Source: Pontiella sp. (lineage in GTDB: Bacteria; Verrucomicrobiota; Kiritimatiellia; Kiritimatiellales; Pontiellaceae). From it: a stretch of 64,000 nt of DNA. The stretch lies in the NCBI GenBank assembly GCA_050290185.1, contig JBNKHE010000009.1, forward strand, positions 32,001 through 96,000, read 5' to 3'. The notes beneath the pieces were generated by a model. That model searched no databases, was not told where the DNA came from, and saw only the letters and a program-made list of their open reading frames with translations. The position numbers and the translations under genes are program-made. The stretch's first letter is position 1. Each line of letters opens with the position of its first letter. This document shows, in pieces, positions 1 through 11,059 of this stretch.

Positions 1-2002
1 GCGTATCAAGATTCTCGGTGCGGACCGCATGAGCAACCGCAGGGTGCTGCAGAAGTCCGAACTCGTGATTGGACAGTTTGCCGACGACTCTACTTTTGAG
101 CAGGCCGCAGCCAAGATCAAGGAAGCCTATGCAGATTTCTGGCATCCCGATGCCAAGGTGGAATGGACTGCCGATGTGGATGAAGATCTCGGAACGGTCG
201 ATGTCTCCTATACGATCCACGAGGGGCGAAAACTGGGCGTCAAGCATATTGTGTTCGAAGGGAACAACTTTATCGATGACGGCAAGCTGCAGCGCTTGAT
301 GGAGCAGAAGGAAAAACACTGGTACTCCTTTGTTACCCGTTCGGGGCAATACAAGGAAGAGGCTACCGATCTGGACGTGTTCAGCATCAAGTCGTTCTAC
401 ATGAATAATGGTTTTCTCGATGTGCAGGTATCGGACCCGGTACTGGATGATTCGGATTCCAGGAACGCCCGATTGCTCTACACCATTGACGAAGGGCAAC
501 GCTACCGGATTGGAACGGTGAGTCTGTCCGGCATGGAATCCTTTTCCGAGGAAGTGCTGCTCCGAACCATCCGTCTGCGGTCTGGCAACATTGCCTCGTA
601 CGAAAACATTAATGCGGCAAGCGAAGGTCTTCGTGCCTACTACGGAAACCGCGGCTATGTCCGTGTGGGAATCCGCCCTGAATTCAACGCCCATGCCGAT
701 CAGGGCATAGTCGATATCGAATATGTCATCTCCGAAGGAACCGTCGGGTATATCAATAAGATCAACATCACGGGGAACGAGCGGACTGCGGATGAGGTTA
801 TCCGCCGGGAACTGGTCGTCTATCCCGGTGAAAAATACAATCGCAGCCGAGTCAAGGCTTCGGAAAACAAACTGCGGAACCTCCGCTACTTTGACATCGT
901 CACCATTAATCCGGAACCGACCGAAGAAAGCGGAAAATACGATCTCAATGTGCAGGTCAACGAGCAGCCGACCGGCCGGTTTGCTGCAGGGGTGGGTTTT
1001 TCCAGTGTCGACTCGCTGGTTGGCTATGCCGAGCTGTCCCAGGGGAATTTCAGCTACAGGACCTGGCCGCCCGTCGGCGATGGGCAGAAGTTCAAGATCC
1101 GCGCCCAGCTGGGCACCAAGCGCAATGACCTCGACATCTCGTTCATTGAACCGTGGTTCATGGACCGCAAGCTTTCGTTCGGCGTGGATCTGTACCATCG
1201 CGAAGCGCGCTACTATTCAAGCGTGTATGATCAGCGGACGGATGGTTTCCGGCTGTCGCTGGGCAAGCCACTGTCGCGTTTCTCGCGGGGAAGCCTGGCC
1301 TATTCGCTGGAGCGTTTCGATGTGTACAATGTGGACACCGGTTCGCCGATTATTCAGGAAGAAGCGGGCAGGCGCACCAAGAGCGCGCTTGAATATACCT
1401 GGCTGTTTGACAGTCGCGACAATTACTTTAATCCAACGCGCGGCAACAAGACCTCGATTTCTCCCTATGCGTCCGGCGGTGCGCTGGGTGCGCAGACCGA
1501 TATCTACGGCCTTCGCGTACGCTCCGCCCAGTATTGGCCTTTGATCGGCGGCATGGTGCTCAATCTCCGCGGGGAAGCCGAGTCGGTTGAAGCCTATGGC
1601 GACAGCAAGGATTCCGGTGCGAGCTATGGGGATGGGGTGCCGCTGTTTGATCGGCTTTTCCTCGGGGGGTCCTACACGTTGCGTGGATTCGAGTACCGCG
1701 ATGTGGGTCCGCACCCGGGGAACGATCCCATCGGAGGCAACAGTTCGGCATTTGCAACGGCGGAGCTGACCCATCCCATCTGGCAAAAAATTCGCGGTGC
1801 GGTTTTTTATGACTGGGGCTTTGTGAACGTCGACTCCTGGGATTTCGATCCCTCAAAATATTCCGACGACTGGGGTATCGGACTCCGCTTCGATTTGCCG
1901 GGATTTCCGCTTCACCTCGACTATGCGTGGCCGATTTCCTACGACGCTACCTACCAGACGGGCGACGGACGCTTTAATTTCCTGATCGGCCACACGTTCT
2001 AG
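1..2002 (+). CDS. bamA: Outer membrane protein assembly factor BamA (5' end lies before the window)
   Basis: POTRA-like repeats (I.FEGN, GNERTADEVIRRE), a beta-barrel with the LRGFEYRDVGP motif and a C-terminal Phe (IGHTF). The frame appears open from the window edge. Confidence 0.95.
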   Translation, partial: RIKILGADRMSNRRVLQKSELVIGQFADDSTFEQAAAKIKEAYADFWHPDAKVEWTADVDEDLGTVDVSYTIHEGRKLGVKHIVFEGNNFIDDGKLQRLMEQKEKHWYSFVTRSGQYKEEATDLDVFSIKSFYMNNGFLDVQVSDPVLDDSDSRNARLLYTIDEGQRYRIGTVSLSGMESFSEEVLLRTIRLRSGNIASYENINAASEGLRAYYGNRGYVRVGIRPEFNAHADQGIVDIEYVISEGTVGYINKINITGNERTADEVIRRELVVYPGEKYNRSRVKASENKLRNLRYFDIVTINPEPTEESGKYDLNVQVNEQPTGRFAAGVGFSSVDSLVGYAELSQGNFSYRTWPPVGDGQKFKIRAQLGTKRNDLDISFIEPWFMDRKLSFGVDLYHREARYYSSVYDQRTDGFRLSLGKPLSRFSRGSLAYSLERFDVYNVDTGSPIIQEEAGRRTKSALEYTWLFDSRDNYFNPTRGNKTSISPYASGGALGAQTDIYGLRVRSAQYWPLIGGMVLNLRGEAESVEAYGDSKDSGASYGDGVPLFDRLFLGGSYTLRGFEYRDVGPHPGNDPIGGNSSAFATAELTHPIWQKIRGAVFYDWGFVNVDSWDFDPSKYSDDWGIGLRFDLPGFPLHLDYAWPISYDATYQTGDGRFNFLIGHTF

Positions 2003-2064
2003 ATTGAGGATTGATCCGTGACGTGATTGACGGATGCCGTGCCAGGAAAGACCATTCTCACGTC

Positions 2065-2517
2065 TCAGTTCTCCCCAATCGCCACCTTTACGACCACTTT
2101 GTGGATGGGACCGTCGCCAATGAGCGGAAGATGGGCGTCGGTTGGAAGGAAGACCGCAAAGGATCCAGGAGGCACGCGTACAATGCTTTCCGGTTCGCCC
2201 TCGAAGAACTCCAGGTCTTTGGTTGCGTCATAGGGAACCGCATTCACCAAACCTGCCGACGGTCTCCATCCCATCAACTCTTCGCCGCTGATTACGTACT
2301 GGATATCGAGATACTTGCGGTGGCCTTCCAGTTGACCGTCGGAAACCTTGCGCCCTTGGGCCCGGTCGACGATGGCATAAACCCGGTCTCCCGATATTTC
2401 ATATTTCCCGTCCGGAAGCTCCGCCAGCCCCGGCTGATCCAGAAAGCCGAAGGCTTCCGAACATCCCACTTTCAGTCCCGCATACCGTGCCGCATTCGCT
2501 AATGTATCCAATATCAT
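2065..2517 (-). CDS. YhcH/YjgK/YiaL family protein (NanQ-like sugar-acid anomerase family)
   Basis: MILDTL start, EGHRKYLDIQY motif, G.FAVFLP.DAH.P and KVVVKV. ATG at 2517 follows a GGAGG-like RBS just after ligA. Confidence 0.9.
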   Translation of the reverse strand: MILDTLANAARYAGLKVGCSEAFGFLDQPGLAELPDGKYEISGDRVYAIVDRAQGRKVSDGQLEGHRKYLDIQYVISGEELMGWRPSAGLVNAVPYDATKDLEFFEGEPESIVRVPPGSFAVFLPTDAHLPLIGDGPIHKVVVKVAIGEN

Positions 2518-2533
2518 CTTTTCCCTCCCTGGA

Positions 2534-4681
<2,148 letters not shown>

Positions 4682-4859
4682 TTAACGGGTCTCTGCCGAG
4701 GTGTTGGACATCGTAAAGACGGCTTGCTCTTTAGAGAATTCACGGCCCTCGGATCTGCGTCCTTGCAGGCAGACCAAAAACGTGATGCTAAGGGTCGCCA
4801 GGGCATGCGTGATGGTTGGCTAATATCGGAAAGGATTTTACTACCTGAACGGCACACAC

Positions 4860-5020
4860 AGGAACAAGTACTTCAAGAAAAATATTATTGATAAATAACA
4901 GTATACACAAATACACCTATTATATATAACGATAACAAGTATTAATGTATTTCATTAGGGTTAAGGGGTTTGTGGTTACATTGTTCTTCGTTTTGGAGAT
5001 TGGTGTAAGTTGGGAATATT
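4860..5020. promoter_or_regulatory. Strongly AT-rich tract in the ligA / KAP-LRR divergent intergenic region; probable promoter region
   Basis: Runs such as AAAATATTATTGATAAATAA and TATTATATATAACGATAACAAGTATTAATG contrast with the GC-rich flanks. Confidence 0.45.
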
Positions 5021-5065
5021 CTTGTGAGAAGAGCTTCGGCTCCTAATAGGATAAGGGGAGTGCAT

Positions 5066-7090
5066 ATGCATGGCCTTTGCATGCCGGAATTTACAATCTT
5101 GGCGGATCACAGTTTGTCTGGCGATCTGGTTGGAAATGAGGAAGTGGACTATTTTGACTTCGGGAATCGACTTGGACCTATTCTTGATGTGTTGAGGCAT
5201 AAAGAAACCAGGATGCCGCTTTCCATGGCCGTTTACGGGGGTGTAGGTACGGGAAAAAGTACGGCATTGAATTGGCTGGCCGGACAGATCGAGTTGTGGA
5301 ATGAAATCCCGGTAGCCGAGCGAGGGGGGCATCCCCTGGTTGTTCCGATTCGCTTCTCGGCCCGCAAATGCCCGACCCCGGCCTTCGTTCCGAAAATGAT
5401 CCTATCAGAGCTGCTCATCCAAAGCCTGCTCTATATGGATGACCAGGTTACTCAGCATCGCATCGATCGTATGAAAGGAATGGCAATTAATTGCTCAAGT
5501 TCGCTTGGAAAAGATTTCCTGAAGAGGCTGGAGTGTCTGGCCCGGCGCTGGGGCGTGTTTGAGACCCTTCGGGCAATCATCACGGATCACTCCTCTTCCG
5601 TCGCGAACGAAGTTGCCTGTTTCGATAGCTGCCATGCGCTGTTGAACGATTCGATATCGCAATATGCCAACGCTGTCCGAATGATCGTGTTCATCGATGA
5701 TCTGGATCATGTTGCGCCCGATGTGATGATGGCCGTGTTTGAGGCTATCGACGTGCATTTGGGCAGTGAGCACGTCGGATTCGTTGCCGCGCTCGACCCG
5801 AATATTGCCAGGATCATGATTAAGAATCATTTTTCCCAGCACGAATTCAGCGAGATGCAATGCCGACATTACCTGAGTAAGATCTTCCATGTTGAATGTG
5901 ATATCGAGCCTACCAATCAACAGATTCATGACTATTACGACGCACAGTATAAACTGCTGGACGGTCGATGCGGTGAGCGCCTGTCCCAATATGTAGGCCC
6001 CGAGCATAAAGCGCATATTGATGCGGCGCTTCTTCATTTGTCGTCGGGCAACCCTAGGAAAATCAAAGTCTTGCTAAACAGTGCATTGATGAAAGGGTCT
6101 GCCGGGGTGCGGTCTGCAAGATCAGATGAAGGTTTGGATGGTGCTGAATCCTTATTGTTTGTTCAGAATATACAGGCATATCTGCTCCAGCGCTGGCTCT
6201 CCTTTTTTTCGGTAGGGGGAGGTGCTATCCATCGCGAGGATGTGATGAATTGGTTTGAGTTCCTGTCGTCCGAGGCGCAATCCCCCTCGGCAGACTTTAA
6301 TTGGGTGCAGAAGCAGGAAAGCGTGGATGAAAAATTCCGGAATGTGCCATCGGGGATGGGATTTCATATGATTCATGAATGGGTCTGGAATTTGTTGAAA
6401 ATCCCCTTTTCAAAAACCATCGCGAGCCTCTGCTCCGACGACGGTTTGATTGTGGAGCCTGTTCCGGAGGATTCGCCTATGCCCATGAGCGAAGGACTGA
6501 AAACGCTCTCAAGCGGATTCGTGGATTGCCTTGCCGCCGCCTTGGAAAAGGCAGCACCCGAACTGTCGGATGAAGATGCCTTGAAGGTGACGGATCTCGT
6601 CCTGACCGGACACCGGTTTACGGAACAGGATACGGCATTTTTGAGCAAACTGGAAAATCTTCGCCGCCTTGATTTACACAACAGCTCAATAGGGCATCTT
6701 GATCCGTTGGCCGGACTGGGCCAGCTGAAGAGTCTGAATCTGACTTGCACGCCCATTGAGGATATCGATCCGCTTGCCTCGCTTACAGGACTGGAAGTGC
6801 TGGATCTCTCCTTCACTAACATCAAGAACTTATCTCCATTGAAGCAATGCGAGGAACTCTGCGGCCTGGTGTTGTTCGGTTCTGCGGTGGAGGACATTGA
6901 GCCGTTAAGAGGACTGGAAAAACTTGCTCGTCTCAATCTTTCGCGCACCCAAATAACCGATGACCAGATGGATGTGCTTGGATCCCTACCCGCACTAAGT
7001 ACATTGTTCATTCGCGAAACCAAGGTTTCCAGACAACGGGTTGCCGCGCTCAACAAGATCTTCGATTTCAACCTCAAGATTGAACAATAG
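5066..7090 (+). CDS. KAP-family P-loop NTPase with a C-terminal leucine-rich repeat domain
   Basis: Walker A GGVGTGKS at 5237-5260, KAP-type Walker B MIVFIDDLDH at 5681-5710, YLSKIF and GNPRKIK motifs, then about 6-7 LxxLxLxxxxI/LxxLxxL repeats at ~6590-7050. Start uncertain (5024, 5066 or 5081); GGGGAG lies just before 5066. Confidence 0.85.
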   Translation: MHGLCMPEFTILADHSLSGDLVGNEEVDYFDFGNRLGPILDVLRHKETRMPLSMAVYGGVGTGKSTALNWLAGQIELWNEIPVAERGGHPLVVPIRFSARKCPTPAFVPKMILSELLIQSLLYMDDQVTQHRIDRMKGMAINCSSSLGKDFLKRLECLARRWGVFETLRAIITDHSSSVANEVACFDSCHALLNDSISQYANAVRMIVFIDDLDHVAPDVMMAVFEAIDVHLGSEHVGFVAALDPNIARIMIKNHFSQHEFSEMQCRHYLSKIFHVECDIEPTNQQIHDYYDAQYKLLDGRCGERLSQYVGPEHKAHIDAALLHLSSGNPRKIKVLLNSALMKGSAGVRSARSDEGLDGAESLLFVQNIQAYLLQRWLSFFSVGGGAIHREDVMNWFEFLSSEAQSPSADFNWVQKQESVDEKFRNVPSGMGFHMIHEWVWNLLKIPFSKTIASLCSDDGLIVEPVPEDSPMPMSEGLKTLSSGFVDCLAAALEKAAPELSDEDALKVTDLVLTGHRFTEQDTAFLSKLENLRRLDLHNSSIGHLDPLAGLGQLKSLNLTCTPIEDIDPLASLTGLEVLDLSFTNIKNLSPLKQCEELCGLVLFGSAVEDIEPLRGLEKLARLNLSRTQITDDQMDVLGSLPALSTLFIRETKVSRQRVAALNKIFDFNLKIEQ

Positions 7091-7272
7091 GCACACCTTT
7101 TCGCCGGATCCAGCGTGCTGGTATACGATTTTTTCTCCCGCGGCCTGCCAGAGTCTGAAGAGTGATTTATTCATGAAATCCACCCATTTTTTATGGTGTT
7201 AATCGCAAGCGATCATCTATGGTCCGTAGCTCACTTTTAGATGTATGTAGTTGATCGTTGCGGGAGAATAAA

Positions 7273-9102
7273 ATGGCATATAAGTTTTTGGAAGAAGTCG
7301 AATTAGTGGGATTGTCGAACGATTGGAGCCGCCTGACGGAAGAGCAGCAGGAATTGATCAACAGGCTGGTTGAAAACGGCCAGCAACACCTGTTTGACGG
7401 GTGGGACGGGCCGGGATCGGCTGATGCTGAAAAGGACGCTTTTCTGGATTCTCTCGCGAAGATCGACAGCAATTATCCCGGCGGTCTGGTCGGCTACATT
7501 ACGAATAGCCGCAAACTGCTGGCGGAGGCCAAGGCCGGATCAAACCCGTTCGAGGGCCTGACTCCGGAAAAGCCGGACACCGTGGATCTGACTGAATTCA
7601 CTGCCGAATTTGAAAAATATGAAGCCATCGGCGTATCGCATTTCGACAAGGTGGGTATTGTGCTGGTGGCTGGCGGGCTGGGTGAACGTTTGGGCTACAA
7701 TGGGATCAAACTCGACATCGCCGTCGAAGTTCTGGAATCAACGTCCTACCTCAAACATTATGCCGACAATCTACTGGCGATGCAGGCGCGTTCGGAAAGC
7801 AAGCGTCCGGTGCCGTTTGTCATCATGGTATCCCAGGACACCGGCCCGAAAACCATCCAATCTCTGGAGGCCAACAACTATTTCGGTTTGGATCGGTCCC
7901 AGGTGCATATTCTCCAGCAGGAACTGGTTCCGGCCATTGCCGACAACGACGGCAAGCTGGCGCTGGACGAAAAATACAAACTGATCCTCAAGCCGCACGG
8001 CCATGGCGATATCCACATGCTGCTGCATACCAGCGGCCTCGCGGCCAGGCTGCAGGCAGACGGCATCGAGTACCTGATGTTTATTCAGGATACCAATGGC
8101 CCGAGCTTTAACACGCTTCCTTCTGCGATTGGGGTATCGGTTGAAAAGGGATACGACTTCAACTCGCTCGCGATCAACCGGGTGCCAGGCGAAGCCGTCG
8201 GGGGGCTGGCGAAGCTCGTTGGCCAAGGCAAGGAGTTCACGCTGAACGTGGAATATAATCAGCTCGACCCGCTGTTGCGCGCCACGATCAGTCCCGAGGG
8301 CGATGTGGCCGACGAGCACGGATTCTCCATGTTCCCCGGAAACTGCAACACCCTGGTGATCCGGATCGCCTCGTACGTCCGTATTCTCGAGGAGTCGCAG
8401 GGCATCATTGCCGAGTTTGTTAATCCCAAGTATACCGACGAAACGAAGTCGGGCTTCAAAAAGCCGACCCGACTCGAAACCATGATGCAGGATCTACCAA
8501 AACTTTTCGGGGAGTCCGAAAAAGTGGGCGTAACGATCTTTAGCCGCATGTGGAGTTTCTCGCCCAACAAAAATAATATTGCCGATGCGGCGGCGAAGAT
8601 CGCTTCCGGGGGGCCGGCCGATGCCAGCGCCACCGCCGAGAACGATTTCTATGCGGCCGGTCGCGCAAGGCTTGAGGTGGCGGGAATGAACGTGGATGAA
8701 GCTCGTCAGGAAATGATTCTCGGAGTGCCGTTCACGCTGGGTCCGAAAGTGATCCTGCGCCCGTCCTTTGCCATGACCCTTGATGAAGGGTGCGACAAGG
8801 TGAATGGCGGCTCGATTTCCGGCGAAGCCACTCTGATTGTCGACGGCGAGGATATCGAACTGGATGGCGTCGAACTGTCCGGATCATCCGCGCTGGTGGT
8901 GAAGGCCTGCGAGGGCGCGAAGGTCACGGTTCGGGGCAAATTCAGAAATGCCGGCTTCGAGCTGGTCAGGCTGACGGATGCCGAACGTTCCGCCGAAAGC
9001 GATGTGCCGGAATACCTCAAGATTCGGGGCTATAAATTCGAAAACCGCGGCGCGGCCATTTACGAATTCAACGAGCCGGGTGAATACGTCGTCGAAGAGT
9101 AG
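7273..9102 (+). CDS. UDP-sugar pyrophosphorylase (USP; UTP:monosaccharide-1-phosphate uridylyltransferase, eukaryote-like)
   Basis: LVAGGLGERLG, KPHGHGDIH, QDTN, NVEYNQLDPLLR, FPGN, EFVNPKY and KPTRLETMMQD, as I recall them from plant/protist USPases; about 610 aa. Confidence 0.85.
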   Translation: MAYKFLEEVELVGLSNDWSRLTEEQQELINRLVENGQQHLFDGWDGPGSADAEKDAFLDSLAKIDSNYPGGLVGYITNSRKLLAEAKAGSNPFEGLTPEKPDTVDLTEFTAEFEKYEAIGVSHFDKVGIVLVAGGLGERLGYNGIKLDIAVEVLESTSYLKHYADNLLAMQARSESKRPVPFVIMVSQDTGPKTIQSLEANNYFGLDRSQVHILQQELVPAIADNDGKLALDEKYKLILKPHGHGDIHMLLHTSGLAARLQADGIEYLMFIQDTNGPSFNTLPSAIGVSVEKGYDFNSLAINRVPGEAVGGLAKLVGQGKEFTLNVEYNQLDPLLRATISPEGDVADEHGFSMFPGNCNTLVIRIASYVRILEESQGIIAEFVNPKYTDETKSGFKKPTRLETMMQDLPKLFGESEKVGVTIFSRMWSFSPNKNNIADAAAKIASGGPADASATAENDFYAAGRARLEVAGMNVDEARQEMILGVPFTLGPKVILRPSFAMTLDEGCDKVNGGSISGEATLIVDGEDIELDGVELSGSSALVVKACEGAKVTVRGKFRNAGFELVRLTDAERSAESDVPEYLKIRGYKFENRGAAIYEFNEPGEYVVEE

Positions 9103-9106
9103 GTTT

Positions 9107-9179
9107 TGGAGTGAGGAGGCAAGCGAAGTGCGACATCGCTTAAAAAGCGGCGTGGCCTTCTAGTTTCCTCCGCACTCCA
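9107..9179. repeat. REP-like palindromic element between convergent genes
   Basis: TGGAGTGAGGAGG ... CCTCCGCACTCCA terminal inverted repeat with an inner CGCTT/AAGCG pair. Confidence 0.7.
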
Positions 9180-9186
9180 GGATGAA

Positions 9187-10938
9187 CTACCCGTAGCCGT
9201 CGGATTGGAGCTTGTCGAGATAGTCGTCGGGGTTGATTTCTTCCGGTATGGCGTATCCGGGTGCTTCCCCGGACATTTCCCGGTTCAGCTTTTCGCGTTT
9301 GATCCAGAACTGGGGCTGCTGCTCGGCGAGGGCGATGCTCTTGACGTGCTTGGAGATGCGCCAGAAGTTGGAGAGATAGTCGTTGAAGATCATACCGGCA
9401 ATCGGGGTGACGGCCTTTTCTTCGAGCCGCTGCAGGTGTGCCTGCTGGACGGTCATGGCGGTTGCGCAGAACTCTTCGCGCAACTGCAGGATTTCCTTGG
9501 CCATCTCCTGGAAATGTGCGGTTTCGGGATCGAGCGACGCGATCACCTTGGCCAGTAGTTTGCCCACAGCCTGATGGACGGCCAGCCAATCCTCGACGGC
9601 TTCGGGGACAAACCTTGCGGCGGGCAAGGCACGCTGACGTTGCGCGATGGTTCCAAGGTTGGCGACATGGTCACCGACGCGTTCAATATCCGACATACAC
9701 CGGTCAATGTGCTCGATCAGGATCGCCTGCCGCTTGGACAGATAATGGCGTGTGAGCTTCGCGATATAGACACGCATGGATGCCTTGATGGCATTCACAC
9801 TTTGCTCGTTGATTCTTATTAGCCGTTCGCGGCGGGCCTCGTGCCGGATGAACTCCTCGGCGGCCAGGTAGAGGCTGTGGGCGCAGATACGTGCGGTGCG
9901 CTGCAGCTCGCGCAGGCAGGCGAAGATCGCTTGTTCGGGGCGGGCGAGCAGTTGGTCGTCGAGGAAGGTGGGTTCCGGCTGTGCGGTGCGCGAGGGAACG
10001 AGCTTCGTGGCGATTTTGGCCAGGAGCGGAGCGAGTGGGAGCAACAGGAAGGCGAAGACGATCATTTTGATGGTGTCGGCGTTGGCGGCCTGTCGGATCA
10101 GGTCGCCGGAGGTATAGTGGATGTATTTGAAGAACAGTGGTGCCGCAATGATGCCCAGCGTGGAGCTGACCAGGTTGAACAGCAGATGAACGATGGCGGC
10201 CCGGCGGGCATCGATGGTCGTGCCGATGCTGCCAAGCAAACCGGTAACGCAGGTGCCGATGTTGGCGCCGAGAATGATGGGGTACATCCCTTCGAATTCG
10301 GTGATGGCTCCGGCGGAGATCATGGCGAATCCCATGCCGATGACCGCGCCGCTGCTTTGCACGACCCCCGTTATGAGTGCCGCCGCGAGTGTGCCGGTGA
10401 TGAGTCCGCTGACCGTACTTCCGTTGATGTGGGCAAGCCACGGTTCGAAGTCTTCGCGGAAGGGCCGGATGGCATCGCTCATGATGGACATGCCCAGGAA
10501 GAGCAGTCCGAAGCCCAGGAGCGCCAGCCCGCCGTTCTTGATCTTGCTGTTCCTGACAGCCAGATGGAGGATAAGACCGAGGAAGATGGCGTGGAGACTG
10601 TAGTCGCTCAGTTTCAGCGAAATCAGCTGCATGGAAAGCGTGGTGCCGATGTTGGCGCCGAGGATCGGGCCGACCGATTGGAGCAGGGTCATGAGGCCGG
10701 CATTGATGAAGCCGATATAGAGCACGACGGAGGCGCTGCTTTGGATCAGGGTGCCGACCATCGTTCCCATGCCGAGACCGACGAGACGATTGTGGGTGGC
10801 CTTGCCTAGCAGGCTGCGCATCCCGCTGCCCACGGCGGCGGACAGGCCGTCCCCCATGACCCGCATGCCATAGATGAAGAGCGCCAGACCGCCCAACAGC
10901 CAGAAGATCAATTCAGTAAGTGTATCCGGTGCGTTCAT
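9187..10938 (-). CDS. Na+/Pi cotransporter family protein (NptA/YjbB type) with a PhoU-like C-terminal domain
   Basis: GGLALFIYGM, two QSS motifs (IQSSA, VQSSG), two GANIGT motifs and a helical PhoU-like tail (DIERVGDH). Confidence 0.92.
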   Translation of the reverse strand: MNAPDTLTELIFWLLGGLALFIYGMRVMGDGLSAAVGSGMRSLLGKATHNRLVGLGMGTMVGTLIQSSASVVLYIGFINAGLMTLLQSVGPILGANIGTTLSMQLISLKLSDYSLHAIFLGLILHLAVRNSKIKNGGLALLGFGLLFLGMSIMSDAIRPFREDFEPWLAHINGSTVSGLITGTLAAALITGVVQSSGAVIGMGFAMISAGAITEFEGMYPIILGANIGTCVTGLLGSIGTTIDARRAAIVHLLFNLVSSTLGIIAAPLFFKYIHYTSGDLIRQAANADTIKMIVFAFLLLPLAPLLAKIATKLVPSRTAQPEPTFLDDQLLARPEQAIFACLRELQRTARICAHSLYLAAEEFIRHEARRERLIRINEQSVNAIKASMRVYIAKLTRHYLSKRQAILIEHIDRCMSDIERVGDHVANLGTIAQRQRALPAARFVPEAVEDWLAVHQAVGKLLAKVIASLDPETAHFQEMAKEILQLREEFCATAMTVQQAHLQRLEEKAVTPIAGMIFNDYLSNFWRISKHVKSIALAEQQPQFWIKREKLNREMSGEAPGYAIPEEINPDDYLDKLQSDGYG

Positions 10939-10959
10939 ACCTGTCTCTTGCTTCAGGTT

Positions 10960-10989
10960 ACGTTACATGTCCGGGCCGCATCATGTCAA
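10960..10989 (-). promoter_or_regulatory. Putative sigma70 promoter of the Na/Pi cotransporter gene
   Basis: Minus strand reads TTGACA-N18-TAACGT, about 21 nt upstream of the ATG. Confidence 0.55.
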
Positions 10990-11059
10990 AGCGATGGGCT
11001 CCCTTGGGAAGAGGCAATCGGCACTGGCTTGTGGGGGCAGGACATTCCGTTGGGGCCGG

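Noticed and set aside
5024..9102. KAP-LRR and USPase as a two-gene system
   Set aside because: They are co-oriented but separated by about 180 bp, the USPase has its own RBS and apparently more host-like codon usage, and there is no sequence evidence of coupling. Only neighbourhood conservation could revive the idea.
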